Assembly: GCF_016432865.1 (NCBI RefSeq)
Contig: NC_067401.1
Location: 284,828,001-284,892,000 of the forward strand
DNA length: 64,000 nucleotides
From: Antechinus flavipes
Taxonomy: Eukaryota
Reading direction: 5' to 3'
A program made the position numbers and the translations under genes. Each line of letters starts with the position of its first letter. The stretch's first letter is position 1. Below the pieces are notes generated by a model. It did not search any database. It was not told the origin of the DNA and saw only the letters and a program-made list of their open reading frames with translations. Below, one piece after another: positions 50,042-60,959 of this stretch.

Positions 50042-50140
50042 CAGGGGTTCTTAGCCCTTTTGTGCCATGGGCCCCCTGGGTAGTCTGGTAAAGCCTGTGC
50101 ATTCCTTCTCAGAATAATGTTTTAAAATATAAAATAAAAT
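50042..50140 (+). mobile_element. hAT (Charlie-like) MITE, 5' part
   Basis: 'caggggttcttagcccttttgtgccatggg...aagcctgtg..ttccttctcagaataatgtttt', homologous to 3861-3945. Confidence 0.6.
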
Positions 50141-50144
50141 AATT

Positions 50145-50650
50145 AATGTCTCTTTTCCCAGTCTCTCCTTTCACCAATCCATTTTCCATATAGCTACCAA
50201 AGCAATCTTTCTAAGTTGTCTGACTATATACCATTCCATTCTTCCAAAACCTCAGTGATACAAAATCTGTAGTGATACAAAATACAAGCTTCTTGCTCTG
50301 GCTTCTAAGTCTCTCCACAATTTAGTTCTTCCACCTACCTTTTCAACTTTATTTCATAATGTTCCCCTTTATGAACTCCATGTTGCAATGAACTAATCAT
50401 CTCTTCCAATCAACATCCCCACCTTCTGCCTCCATGCATTTGAAGCAATCATTATGATTTTTCTCCTTATTTCTGTTTCTAGAAATCTGTTTCAGTTTTC
50501 AAGACTCAGCTCAGAAGCCACCTTTCTCTGGTTCTTCCTTCACTTTTTAGGGATCTCTATCTTCTCAATACTTAATTAGTATACATGTGTCCCCTTAGTA
50601 TTATATAAGCATCTCTAGGTCATATACTATTTTAATTTTGTCTTCTCCTA
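50145..50650 (+). mobile_element. L2 fragment
   Basis: 'ccaatccattttccatatagctaccaaagcaatctttctaa' is an L2 motif. Confidence 0.6.
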
Positions 50651-52779
50651 TAATATTTTGTAAAAAGCAGCTTCATAATAAAATGGTTAGAGAGTTGGTC
50701 TTAGAGCCATGGAAAACAGTTCAAATCAGGATAAATCACTTAACCTCTGTCTTAATTACTCATCTATAAAATAGAGATAGTAACAGCATCTATCTCCTAG
50801 AATTGTTTGTATGGTCCAAAGGAAATCATACATGCAAAATACTCTGGAAATTTTAAAGCAAAAATAAATATTTGCTATTATTATATGTATAATAGGTGTT
50901 TAATAAATGTTGAGTTAGATAAAATTGAATTGTATGAACAGCAGGTATAAAAGGAAGCCAATAGCCACTCATACCTGATCAGTAGTAAAAGGATAGATAT
51001 AGATTTGTAAGTCCCCATAATGAGAGCTAGTTTGACCAAATATTCAAGAGGTAATAGAATGATAGGATTGATTTTATTGTTCACAGGTGACTTGGATTTA
51101 TTCTTCACTTGAGCTAGAAGAACCATTGTTTATTTTACTGAGATGTAGTTTGCTGTCTGCTTAAGAAAAGTCTGATTTTTTAAATTCTTGCTAACATATA
51201 ATTGATATTTAGGATATTTAGAGGCAGATGATTTACAATGAAGGACAATGGGATATTACTATAACCTACCTTAGTTTGCAAAACAATGCAGAGTTCATTC
51301 ATTATGGCAGTGATGGAAATGTGGGAAACTATGGGAAATGTGATGTTTGAAAAGTTTTAGAACCATAATTTTTGGGTAGTCATTTTATTAAGTAAAGGAG
51401 GTCCGTGGCACTCTCAAATACCAGACAGTTATGGCAGTTTCATGACTTATATGCCCTTGGAAAAGGGGTGTTCTGGAGAGTGGCAGTCAACTCTGATTGG
51501 TTAATAATTAATGAGAGAATGAATATTACAATGAGGGGCTGAACCTATTTTAATGAACTTTGATTATATCATTTACTTCTAAGTTAAGCCCAGTCTTGGG
51601 CAATCTAAACAAAAGAATTTATACCCTCCACCCAAACCTAAACGAAGGGAATTTCATCTTAGATTAGAAGTCTGATCTAGTAGGATGGAGCAGCAATATC
51701 CAGAATGAGGAGAATGTTAATTTTATCTTCCATCAACCCTATCCTTGAGATATTGGACAAGGAAATAGAACAGGGGATAAAAAGCTGGGGTATCCCCAGT
51801 TTTATTAATATAAAAGAGAAACTATCATTTCTTTCAGAAAACAAAAAATAAGTTAAGACCTTGCCCTTAATTCATAGTAGTTTATAATCTATTATAAAAT
51901 ATGACATGATCAGTAATCTAGCAGTGGGGGCCAAATTGGGAAAGATTAGGAAAAGAAATTCAAGAAAATAAGTAAGGTTGGATTAGACCAAGGAGCTGAA
52001 TATGGGAGCAAATCTGAGGATGGGTTATCTAAGGATGGCCTTGTGAGGGTGAACTTGAAGGCAAATCTGAAATTCATAGATCAGCCTGTGGGGAAAACTG
52101 CTAAAGGTATCATTGGCCAAGGTCCAAGTCAAACCTGATATGAGATGTGGGTGATATTCAAAGATAGATGAGAGTTGATTGAGAATTTCAGGAAGGAGTC
52201 ATTTGGTAGAGGGTGAGATGAGTGGGAAGTTGGTATTTAGAAGGTCAGGTAACAGAAACAGGAGATTCAGGCATCAGGAAAATAAGGATAAGGGGTAGAG
52301 AATGTATTGACTAGGTTCTGAGCTTCAAGGTAGGACATTGACCCAGGAACTGAGTTATAAGGATACAGGACAGACAATTGGGAAATTGAAAAACGAGACA
52401 AAAACCTAGCCATTAGAAAGAACCAGGGGTGTCAATGTGTGTTGTATACTAATTAGATTCATGATATTAAACAACACAAAGCCTTGCACTAAGTTCATCT
52501 AAGCACAGAGTTTGTAGAATGATATATAAACCATATAGATGTAGTCATACAAGAAGAGTACAAGAAAATAATACAGTCATTGGCTTACCTTGTGTCATTT
52601 TTTAGGTTCCATCTTTTTCCAGGCTGGGGAAAGGTAGCTCCATGCTTAAACTATTCTCAGAACATGTGCTATTTAGCCAATAATAGCCTGACTACTAATT
52701 TCACACTGAGGTGGAAAAAAAGGAACTGCTCCCTCTTACAAATATATCTATCTAAAATTAGGCAGTCAGGTAACTTAGG

Positions 52780-53010
52780 GGATAGATCAATTGCTAGTCT
52801 GGCTATCTGGAAGACCTGAGTTCAAATCCTGTCTTAGCCAGTTGTTTGATACAGGGCAAGTCACTTAATCTTTCTCAACCTTAGTTTCCTTGTCCCTAAA
52901 ATAGGGATAATAATAGCATTTGCCTTACAAGATTATTGCAAGATCAAATGACATGATATATGAAAAATATTTTGCAAATCTTAAAGTACTACATAAATAC
53001 TAGTTATTAG
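52780..53010 (+). mobile_element. MIR SINE
   Basis: 'gaagacctgagttcaaatcctg...gggcaagtcacttaatct...aaatagggataataatagca'. Confidence 0.8.
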
Positions 53011-54639
53011 AAGAATAAACACAGTAGTTGGGTAGAATTCCTATGAAATCAGGGTTTAGACTTATAGATATTCTGCAATAACTTTATTTGTCTCTATTTG
53101 TATGTGCCCTCTCCTCTGGGCAAAAGCCTTTCTCAATGCAGTACATGACCTATTCCCAAAGAATTCCAGAATTAGTTCCAGAATCACAGTCAGTGGGTAG
53201 AACCAAACCTACTTCAGGAAGCAAGGCTCAGTTGCCAAGGTTAGTAGTAGTAGTTATGGTACACCAAGAACTACAATGCAGGATGGTACAAGGATCTACT
53301 CTTTTCAAAGTTACCAAGACTAGATCATGCCCAAATCCCTTTCTAGTTTTATGAGCTCATATGTATTTCAGAAAAGGTCATAATAGAGGTAAAGGAAATT
53401 AATGGGATTGAAATTCTGTAAATTGTCTGAGTTACTAACTGCTTTATAACTAACTCCAATGTTGGTTATATTTTCTATACATTAAAAAAAAACACCCCAG
53501 TCTCTCTGGTTTTTAAAAATCTACAACGAGATATAAACCCAACTTCTTCTGTCTTTTTTTCTCTAGTGTTAAAACTTTAATTATAAAGAGTTGGAATGTA
53601 CAATTATTGATTTTCTAGAAGACTTGGGTTTGAGCCTTAGGTGGCTTGCTAGCTATATGACTTTTCTCAGACTAATAGTATGAGTAACTCACAAGAGTAA
53701 GATAGGACAGTAATGCAAACATTCATGGAGCTTTATTGGAGTGAATTTTTATTCTCACAAGGGAAGGCTCAGGGACTAAAATAAGACTCCCATGGGTAGG
53801 GTCCTGGGAAGAAGGAGCAACAAAGAAAAGATAATGGAGGAATTTTTCAGATGATAGGTTGACAATCTAAAGGCTGTAATTGAAGGAGGAACAGGGAATC
53901 AGTGAGCTCTTGGGAAGAGCCTGCCCTTGAACTTGGCACAGCAAGCTTCCCTTGCTCTCCATCACTTCTTCTAAATACTGGATGATATAGCTGGTTCTCA
54001 TATCTTCCATACCAAGCAGACAAAGGCCATGGGTTTATTGGGGGAAAGTTCTCACTAGGTTCTTTTGATGGATTCTCCATCTTTAATGTCACTGCTAAGC
54101 AAAGACTAGGGATTGGCTAGTAAGGCTCCAGTTATGCAACCATCAAATATGGAAGTTTCTAGAATAAATCATGGAAACTTTCAGAAAAAGGGAGGTTGGG
54201 AGTTCCAGGAAGCAGGAGATGGTAGGTTCAGAGTCCTAAAAATCAGATAGTCTTTTTGAATTGTTGCCATATCTTGGGCAAGTAATTTAAACATCTTGAG
54301 CCCTAGTTTCCTCATCTTTAATATGGAGGCAGATTCAATTTAATAGAATTATGTTTATATAAGTGAGGATGGCATTATTTTTGCTTATATCTCTCTACTT
54401 CATAAGGATCAAGCAAGGTAGTATCTGAAAATTGCTTAGCAAAACCATTACTTGAATATTTATACTTGAATATATTGAATTTTCAATACTTGAAAAGATC
54501 TGTGATTTTACCAGTGTAGATCCTATTGCCAACAGCAGAGATGGAGACTGCTTTATGATAGTATCTGTAGCTAAAAATTTCATCCTCCGGTGACCATTCT
54601 GATGATAAGTATCTTTAAATTTAGCTATTCTGGTCCTAG

Positions 54640-54810
54640 GAAAACAGACATACAGTCTATCATGACATCTGTGCTGGAAAGCTTTCTGTATTGGTTGGAT
54701 CTGCCAAGATTCACCTATTGCTGATATAGATATTGAAAATCCAAAAATCACACTCATGCCTTATGATGAGACATCAGAAAAGGCTTTTAAAGACCTCTCA
54801 AATGGAGATT
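54640..54810 (+). mobile_element. Possible ancient LINE (CR1/L2 clade) reverse-transcriptase remnant
   Basis: Frame-broken peptides 'IMTSVLESFL' and 'LMPYDETSEKAFKDLS' loosely recall RT motifs 'ISLTSV..K.LE' and 'VYLDFSKAFD.VS'. Confidence 0.3.
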
Positions 54811-55124
54811 TTATAAAACACAAATCTTTGTCAATTATTATGATTATTATTTAAATGAAATAACAACTATTTGATTCTACAGTGTGTGCCCACTGACATA
54901 TTTGTCACATAGATCAAAAGAACCTGTGGCTCATTAGTTACTCACATGTAAGGCCTTACATGTGTGGGGATCTCATTGATACATAGGATATCAATGATCT
55001 AGCCAGAAAAGTCAAGAGACCAGGGATGAAGAGTTACCTCTGATTCTTACTAGCAATACGTGACCATCATCAAGTTTCTTGAGGTCCTTATAACTCAGTT
55101 TCCTCATCTATAAAGCAGAACTAG

Positions 55125-55360
55125 TAAAGTTTAGTTGTGTTAGTCTTGTCTGACTCTTTGTGGCCCTATTTAGGGTTTTCTTAACAAAGATACTAGAGTG
55201 GTTTACCATTTCCATTTCATTTTACATATGAGGAAATAGTAGCAGAGTTAAGTGACTTGCCCAAGATCACATAGCTAAAAATGTCTGAAACTGGATTTGA
55301 GCTCAGGTTTTCCTGACTCCAGATCCAGAATCTATCCACTGAGTCAGTTACTTGCCCAAA
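55125..55360 (-). mobile_element. Mar1-type SINE
   Basis: 'gtctgactctttgtggccctatttagggttttcttaacaaagatactagagtggtttacc'. Confidence 0.85.
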
Positions 55361-56324
55361 GTTTAATAATATTACATAAAATACCTGCCTCACAGAGTTG
55401 TCATCAGAGAAATGTCATAAGTTGCTCTATAAACTGTTACACAAAGGTTGACTGAACCTTTGGTTTTATTGGTATAAATATGCCAGTTTATTTCAATACA
55501 GGTCAAAAACTTTGCAATAATAGTTTTAGAGAATTGCCTAGAACATTAAGTTGAGAAGTAACTTGTATATCTTAGCCAGTGTATCTTAGGCAGGACTTGA
55601 ATTCAGATAAATCCTTGTTTGGAGGCCATTACTGCCTTTCATAGAAATTATTCTCTTTGGATAAATATAATATGATTATTTTTGTCCTCCCTACATCATG
55701 TTACCTTAGTGGCCTTGTTATAGTAAATATAACAGAATTACCTTTTCTTAGTTAATCTTTGCCAATTAGGTGGGAGAAATATTCAACCAAAAATAAAGGT
55801 ATATTATGTAGCCAAGTTTAGTTATTATATTATAGCTATTCGTTTGAATAAGTCACTCCATGTCTCTAGTCTTCAATTATAAAATGGGGAATATTTTTCT
55901 TGGGTGCTGTCTGGCTCTTCTTCTCATTCTGTGATTCTAGGGTTGGAAGGGAGTTTGCATAATGGCTAGAGAGCTAGACTGGAAGACCTGAATTCATGTC
56001 TTGCCTCTGATACATATTTGCTATGTGTCCTTTAATGATTCAGTACCTGAGACAACTCTGAAACTCTAAGATTTGGAGAAGATACAGACTTGCATTGGTA
56101 GAGGGGAGTTCCTTCATGCAGGAGTAACCTTGTAGCAATGAAACCAGAAGAAAGAATGCACACTTTGAATATTAAATACATAATAAAATCTCTGATCTAA
56201 GTGTGTAAGAGAGTTTTTACTATAAGAAACAAAATAAAAGCATAGAATTGGTGATAATATTTGTAGAAATATGGACTAAAATGAGGTATTGAATTTGTTT
56301 GGGCTAGAACCATTAAGGCATAAG

Positions 56325-56500
56325 GCAACTAGGTGACACAATACTGGATAGAATATTACTCGTCATGTCAGAAAAACTAGCTGTGTGACCCTGGGCAAGT
56401 CATTTAACCTCTGTTTGAATTAGTTTTTTTTATAAATGGGGGGAAATAATAGCACTTCCCTCCCAGGGGTATGACGAGGATAAACTGAGAGAGTAATTGG
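56325..56500 (+). mobile_element. MIR SINE
   Basis: 'ctagctgtgtgaccctgggcaagtcatttaacctctg...aataatagcacttccctcccaggg'. Confidence 0.75.
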
Positions 56501-57819
56501 GATTGAGATTTGTAATTCCAAGTCTAGAAATCACTTTGCAAATGTCAAAGTGATATATAATTGTTAGCTTTTGTTCCATAGATGAATACTTTAAATATTC
56601 TTCTCCTTTACTATTTATTGAATACTCCTTCATCTATTTTAATATCCCCAAATGCTTGTAATTTCCTTTAAAAATTGTATATATGTCAGGCAGCTAAATG
56701 GTAAAACCCTTTCCCGATATAATGCAATTTGGGGGTTTTTATTTGATTTCTTCTTTGTGCCTTGAAGTGAAAGCAACTCATAATAATAATAGGTAAAAAA
56801 TATTCCTTTGATCTGACAGTAACATTTCTTATGAAAACACTTGGATCAACTCCTCCTTATGCTATATTTAAAGCAAGTACACAATGCCCTAGCAAGGGTA
56901 TAGTTACTTATGAAGAAGTACAGAAGGGAAAAAAAAAAACCTCTAAAGTACCTTATGATTTCAGGTATATTTTGGTCCAAATTGTGTTTCATATATTGCC
57001 ATTCTCTCACGCTGCCAGCAAGTCTGTAACTTAAGTGCTTTCCTTGTCCCTGAACCTTGACATTAATATGGGGCTCTACTGTATCCAGGCATAGATATAG
57101 AAGATAATGAACACAACCAGAGTTTCAGGAATCTTTCTGGAGGAATTCTGAAGCTTGGGAGAGGAAGTTTCCAGGGATTTTTGCCTAGCACTCCAGTGAA
57201 GTGGTATGATTCATTCAAAGGGAGTTGATGTTCAACAGAACAAATGGAAAACTTCTCTTTTGTTCCCTACAGAGGCCTAGGAGGTAGCCTGTCTCTCCTC
57301 CCACACTGAATTAAGCATTTACCCTTGTTTCCATGTTTTCCTTAGAACTCTATAGCTTTCTTGGGCCAGAGATGGTGCCATCAGCCATGTATGATGGTGC
57401 TCATTTGGTAGAGTCTTTTCTGTTGTTGCTCTACTATTAGAGAGGGACAATTGGCCAAATCTGAGAGTATTCTGAGTAATGTTGTAGAACTGCTGATAAA
57501 AATTATTTTTAATTGGCAAAGTCAGTATGAGCAGTTAGTGGATTTTGAAAATCATCTGCAAAAAAGGAGAACAGCCTTTGCTATGGTATTAATATCTTCC
57601 CTAAAGATTTCCTCTGTCCTATCCTGGGACTGGAGGACAGCCCGAGTACTCAAAGTCTATGCCAGTGGACCATGGGTAGGTTTTAATGATAGGCTTAATG
57701 TTGAATTATGGCCCAGCCTTTTTAGATTTGTGAAAGCTCAGGAGGAGAAGGTTGGCTATCAGGTGACATTAATTTTCATCAGCTCATGAAGAACATCTAA
57801 GGCAGAAGGACTCAGAGAG

Positions 57820-58015
57820 AGGCAGTACAGTGTAATTAGAAAAATCACTGACTAAAGCCAAAGTACCTGGGTTCAAATCTATCCTCTAATGCTTATTGCC
57901 CTAGTGATGTCCGGTGAAGATACTTAACATACCCAGGTCTTTATTTCCTCTAAAAATAATGGAATTGATCTAGATGGTCTCTAAGATGAGAGGTTCCTTT
58001 TAACTCTAAATCTTT
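57820..58015 (+). mobile_element. MIR3-like SINE
   Basis: 'acctgggttcaaatc...ggaattgatctagatggtctctaag...ccttttaactctaaatct'. Confidence 0.55.
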
Positions 58016-58784
58016 GTTTCATTTAAAATCATAGGTCAATCAAGTAATGAACTGAATATAGTAGCTACCATGCAGGCATTACTTTAGCTTTTAGGAAGCA
58101 ACAAAAGAATACTGGTTCTAAAATCAGATCCTTCCACTGATTCTTATAAAAATAAATAGTGCTGCATTTGTGGTGGGGAAGAACTAAACACTCAGTTGTA
58201 TGTGTGTGGCCTTGAATAAGTTATTTAGCTTTCTTGGATCCATCCTTGTCTATAAAAGGAGGAAGCTGCACCATTTAGCCTATAAGGTCTTTTTCCAGCT
58301 CTAAAATTATGATTCTGATGATATCTATGTAATCTCAATTATGATTATTCATAAATGGTCTGTGAGAGGCAAGTATGAACTGAAGCCTTCCACATTTTTT
58401 AGGGTGACTCCTTTCTAATCAGTTGAGCCCATCCTATAACATTTCAAGTTAAGTCAGTAAGCACCTACTACATACCAAGCAGTATACTAAGTTGTTCCTA
58501 GAATAACATTTACCAATTCAAGTATAATATTCATCTAAAAGCTACACACATCCCTTATCTCCTCTAGTAGTACACAGCAGATCATTCAAAAGATTTCACT
58601 GTACCCTCCAGATTGAGAGCATTATGTCTATTCCCAGGAGAGGAGAGAGTCAGGCACTTAAAACTTATTTTTTTTTAGATGATTATACTTGATTTCTCTT
58701 TGTCCTTAGTAAAGTTTAAAACATTAGACCATTTAGAAATTCAGAATACTGTGAAGGATTATTTTTGGTTGTGGTGGCAGTGCT

Positions 58785-58786
<2 letters not shown>

Positions 58787-58828
<42 letters not shown>
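58787..58828. repeat. (TG)21 microsatellite
   Basis: Counted directly. Confidence 0.98.
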
Positions 58829-58829
<1 letters not shown>

Positions 58830-59824
58830 TGGTGTGCATGTGGGTGGTGGTGTTGGGTTTCCTTTCACTATGTGTGTGTTTTCCATTTCCGTGGTTGTGT
58901 GATGGATACCAAGCAAATGGTTGTAGGATGGAATTTCTTTAACTATGTAGTCAGATTAATTGTCAGAGGTTCAGGCACTTTCCAGTGACAGGGATGTGTG
59001 ATGCAGAGAATAAAATGGAAGATTCAGTAAGACAAGCTGTGAAAACAGGAGGGTTCAAATTGCAAGAGTGGAGTAGTAGCATGGATTGGGAGTGTTGCAC
59101 TGTGAGGCCAGAAGCTATAACCATTTGACCCTGGGCACATCACCTCACTTGCCTCAGCCTCAGTTTCCTTACTTTGAATGTGAGGGGACTAAATCAGATG
59201 ATTGCTAAAGTCACTGTAGGGATCAGGTGTTTTGTATGTTTCTTTCTTTCTTTCTTTTTTTTTTTTTTAAACATACCAAACCACACATGCCTCCTAGGAA
59301 AGTTTAAGCATTAGTGGGTCATACTACAATACTATTTTTTTTAACCTCATAAGTTATGAACTATAAATACTGATCTAGTTGTTGTGAATAGACCAATTTA
59401 AGGCCTACATAATATAGTAATTTGGAGGTTCTTTTAAAGATTCCAACAATTTGTAAAAGACTTACGTGTAAAGGAAATAAATTTATTTTTATTTTTAATC
59501 AGCAGTGTTGACAATATCACTAGGCATCTGGTGTGTATGTATGTGTATGCATACTACATGTATAATAAACACATTCTAACTTATGAATATTTATATATAA
59601 GATACATATATATAGATATATAGATATATATATCATGGATATAGACATATATATGAAAACACATTGGCCCTTGTATGACTATATGTAAAATATATTTTCA
59701 GGCATATGTAACACAACACACTAAGAATGTTAAAGGAATTATTAAAGTCCTTCTGGCTATCTAATATCATTTTTGAGAGGATTGCTTATAGTAAGACTTA
59801 AGTTCAACACACTTCAGAGTTCAT

Positions 59825-60300
59825 CCATGTAACAGCAAACATTTATTGAGTGCATATTATGTATTAGGTACTGTGGGGAAACAAAGATAAATTAGACATG
59901 GTTCCTACCTTCTAGGAAGTTGCAATGTAGAGAAGTGTTTACAATCTATTTATAAGAGCCAAGCATTACAGCGGAGTTTCATGGAACAGTATTCATTACT
60001 TGCTCTAGGCATTAACAATCTTTCTTTTGTGAAGAATTCCATTTTTTTTTTTAACCTCTAACCACTAGGGTTGAGGGAACCCAATCCAATTCAGCCCAAC
60101 AAGCATTTACTCAGAACCTATTGTGTGCAATAGCATTAGGCAAAAAGCAAAAGATAAAGGCAAAAATGAAAAAAAAATAGTTTTTACCATCAAGAAGCTT
60201 ATATTCTACTTGGAATTAGGAACAGGGTAGGGATATACCAGGTTTGCAGATAAGTACATATTTGATAATTTGGAGCGGGGAGATTGAATTTACACTAAGA
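59825..60300 (-). mobile_element. Two L2 3' tail fragments (59825-59935 and 60095-60300)
   Basis: 'aaacatttattgagtgcat..tatgtattaggtactgtgggg' and 'aacaagcatttactcagaacctattgtgtgc...caagaagcttatattct'. Confidence 0.6.
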
Positions 60301-60867
60301 GTTAAGGAAATTCCCAAAGGAAAGGCAAGTAATGATAGATTTGTAACTGGCCCAACTTAAGGCCACATTTCCTTAAATAGGTCATCCTGATATAGTACAT
60401 AGTATGTGTAACCCTGTATCATGTGTTATCAGGTCACCCTGACAGAGTAGAATGAACACCCTGAGTATCAGTTTTACTCTGAGTAAAACTTTGGCCAGTT
60501 TAAGTTGGTATCTGTCAAATCAAGATGTTAAACACCCAGGAAGAAACAATTTTTACACAGCTTGGAGCCTCTCGCTGTATTTTTTTCCCCTCCTCTAAAG
60601 GCAACTGCATTGGGCATCAGGAAAAGACTCAATAAAAGAGGCATTGAATCCAAAATGGGGGCACTCCTAATTCTTAAAGCAAACCAATTAAAAAAAACAC
60701 CCTAATCCTTCTGTGACCCAAATACTAGTGGCCTTGTCATTCCCTCTTCTGAATGATTCCATCCTAACTCCCATCCATTCCAACAATGGGAAGCAAAAGC
60801 CTTTATGAAGATGAGCTTCACATACCAGGGCTTGCAAAATGTGGATTTGTTTCTTAAATGGCAATAC

Positions 60868-60945
60868 AAAAAAAAAAAAAAAAACCCAAACCAAAATCAA
60901 AAACAAAACCAAAAAAAAAAAAATCAACAACAACAACAAAAACAA
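60868..60945. repeat. A-rich (A)n/(CAAAA)n/(CAA)n tract
   Basis: Directly visible. Confidence 0.85.
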
Positions 60946-60959
60946 TCACCAAACAATGC

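Noticed and set aside
57451-57789. 112-aa plus-strand ORF
   Set aside because: Starts at a non-ATG codon and has no recognisable domain; 'DWRTARV' only faintly recalls a LINE RT motif.
59445-59460. 'aaagattccaaca' identical to the LTR terminus at 39326-39338
   Set aside because: Only 13 bp with no further homology, so not a partner LTR.
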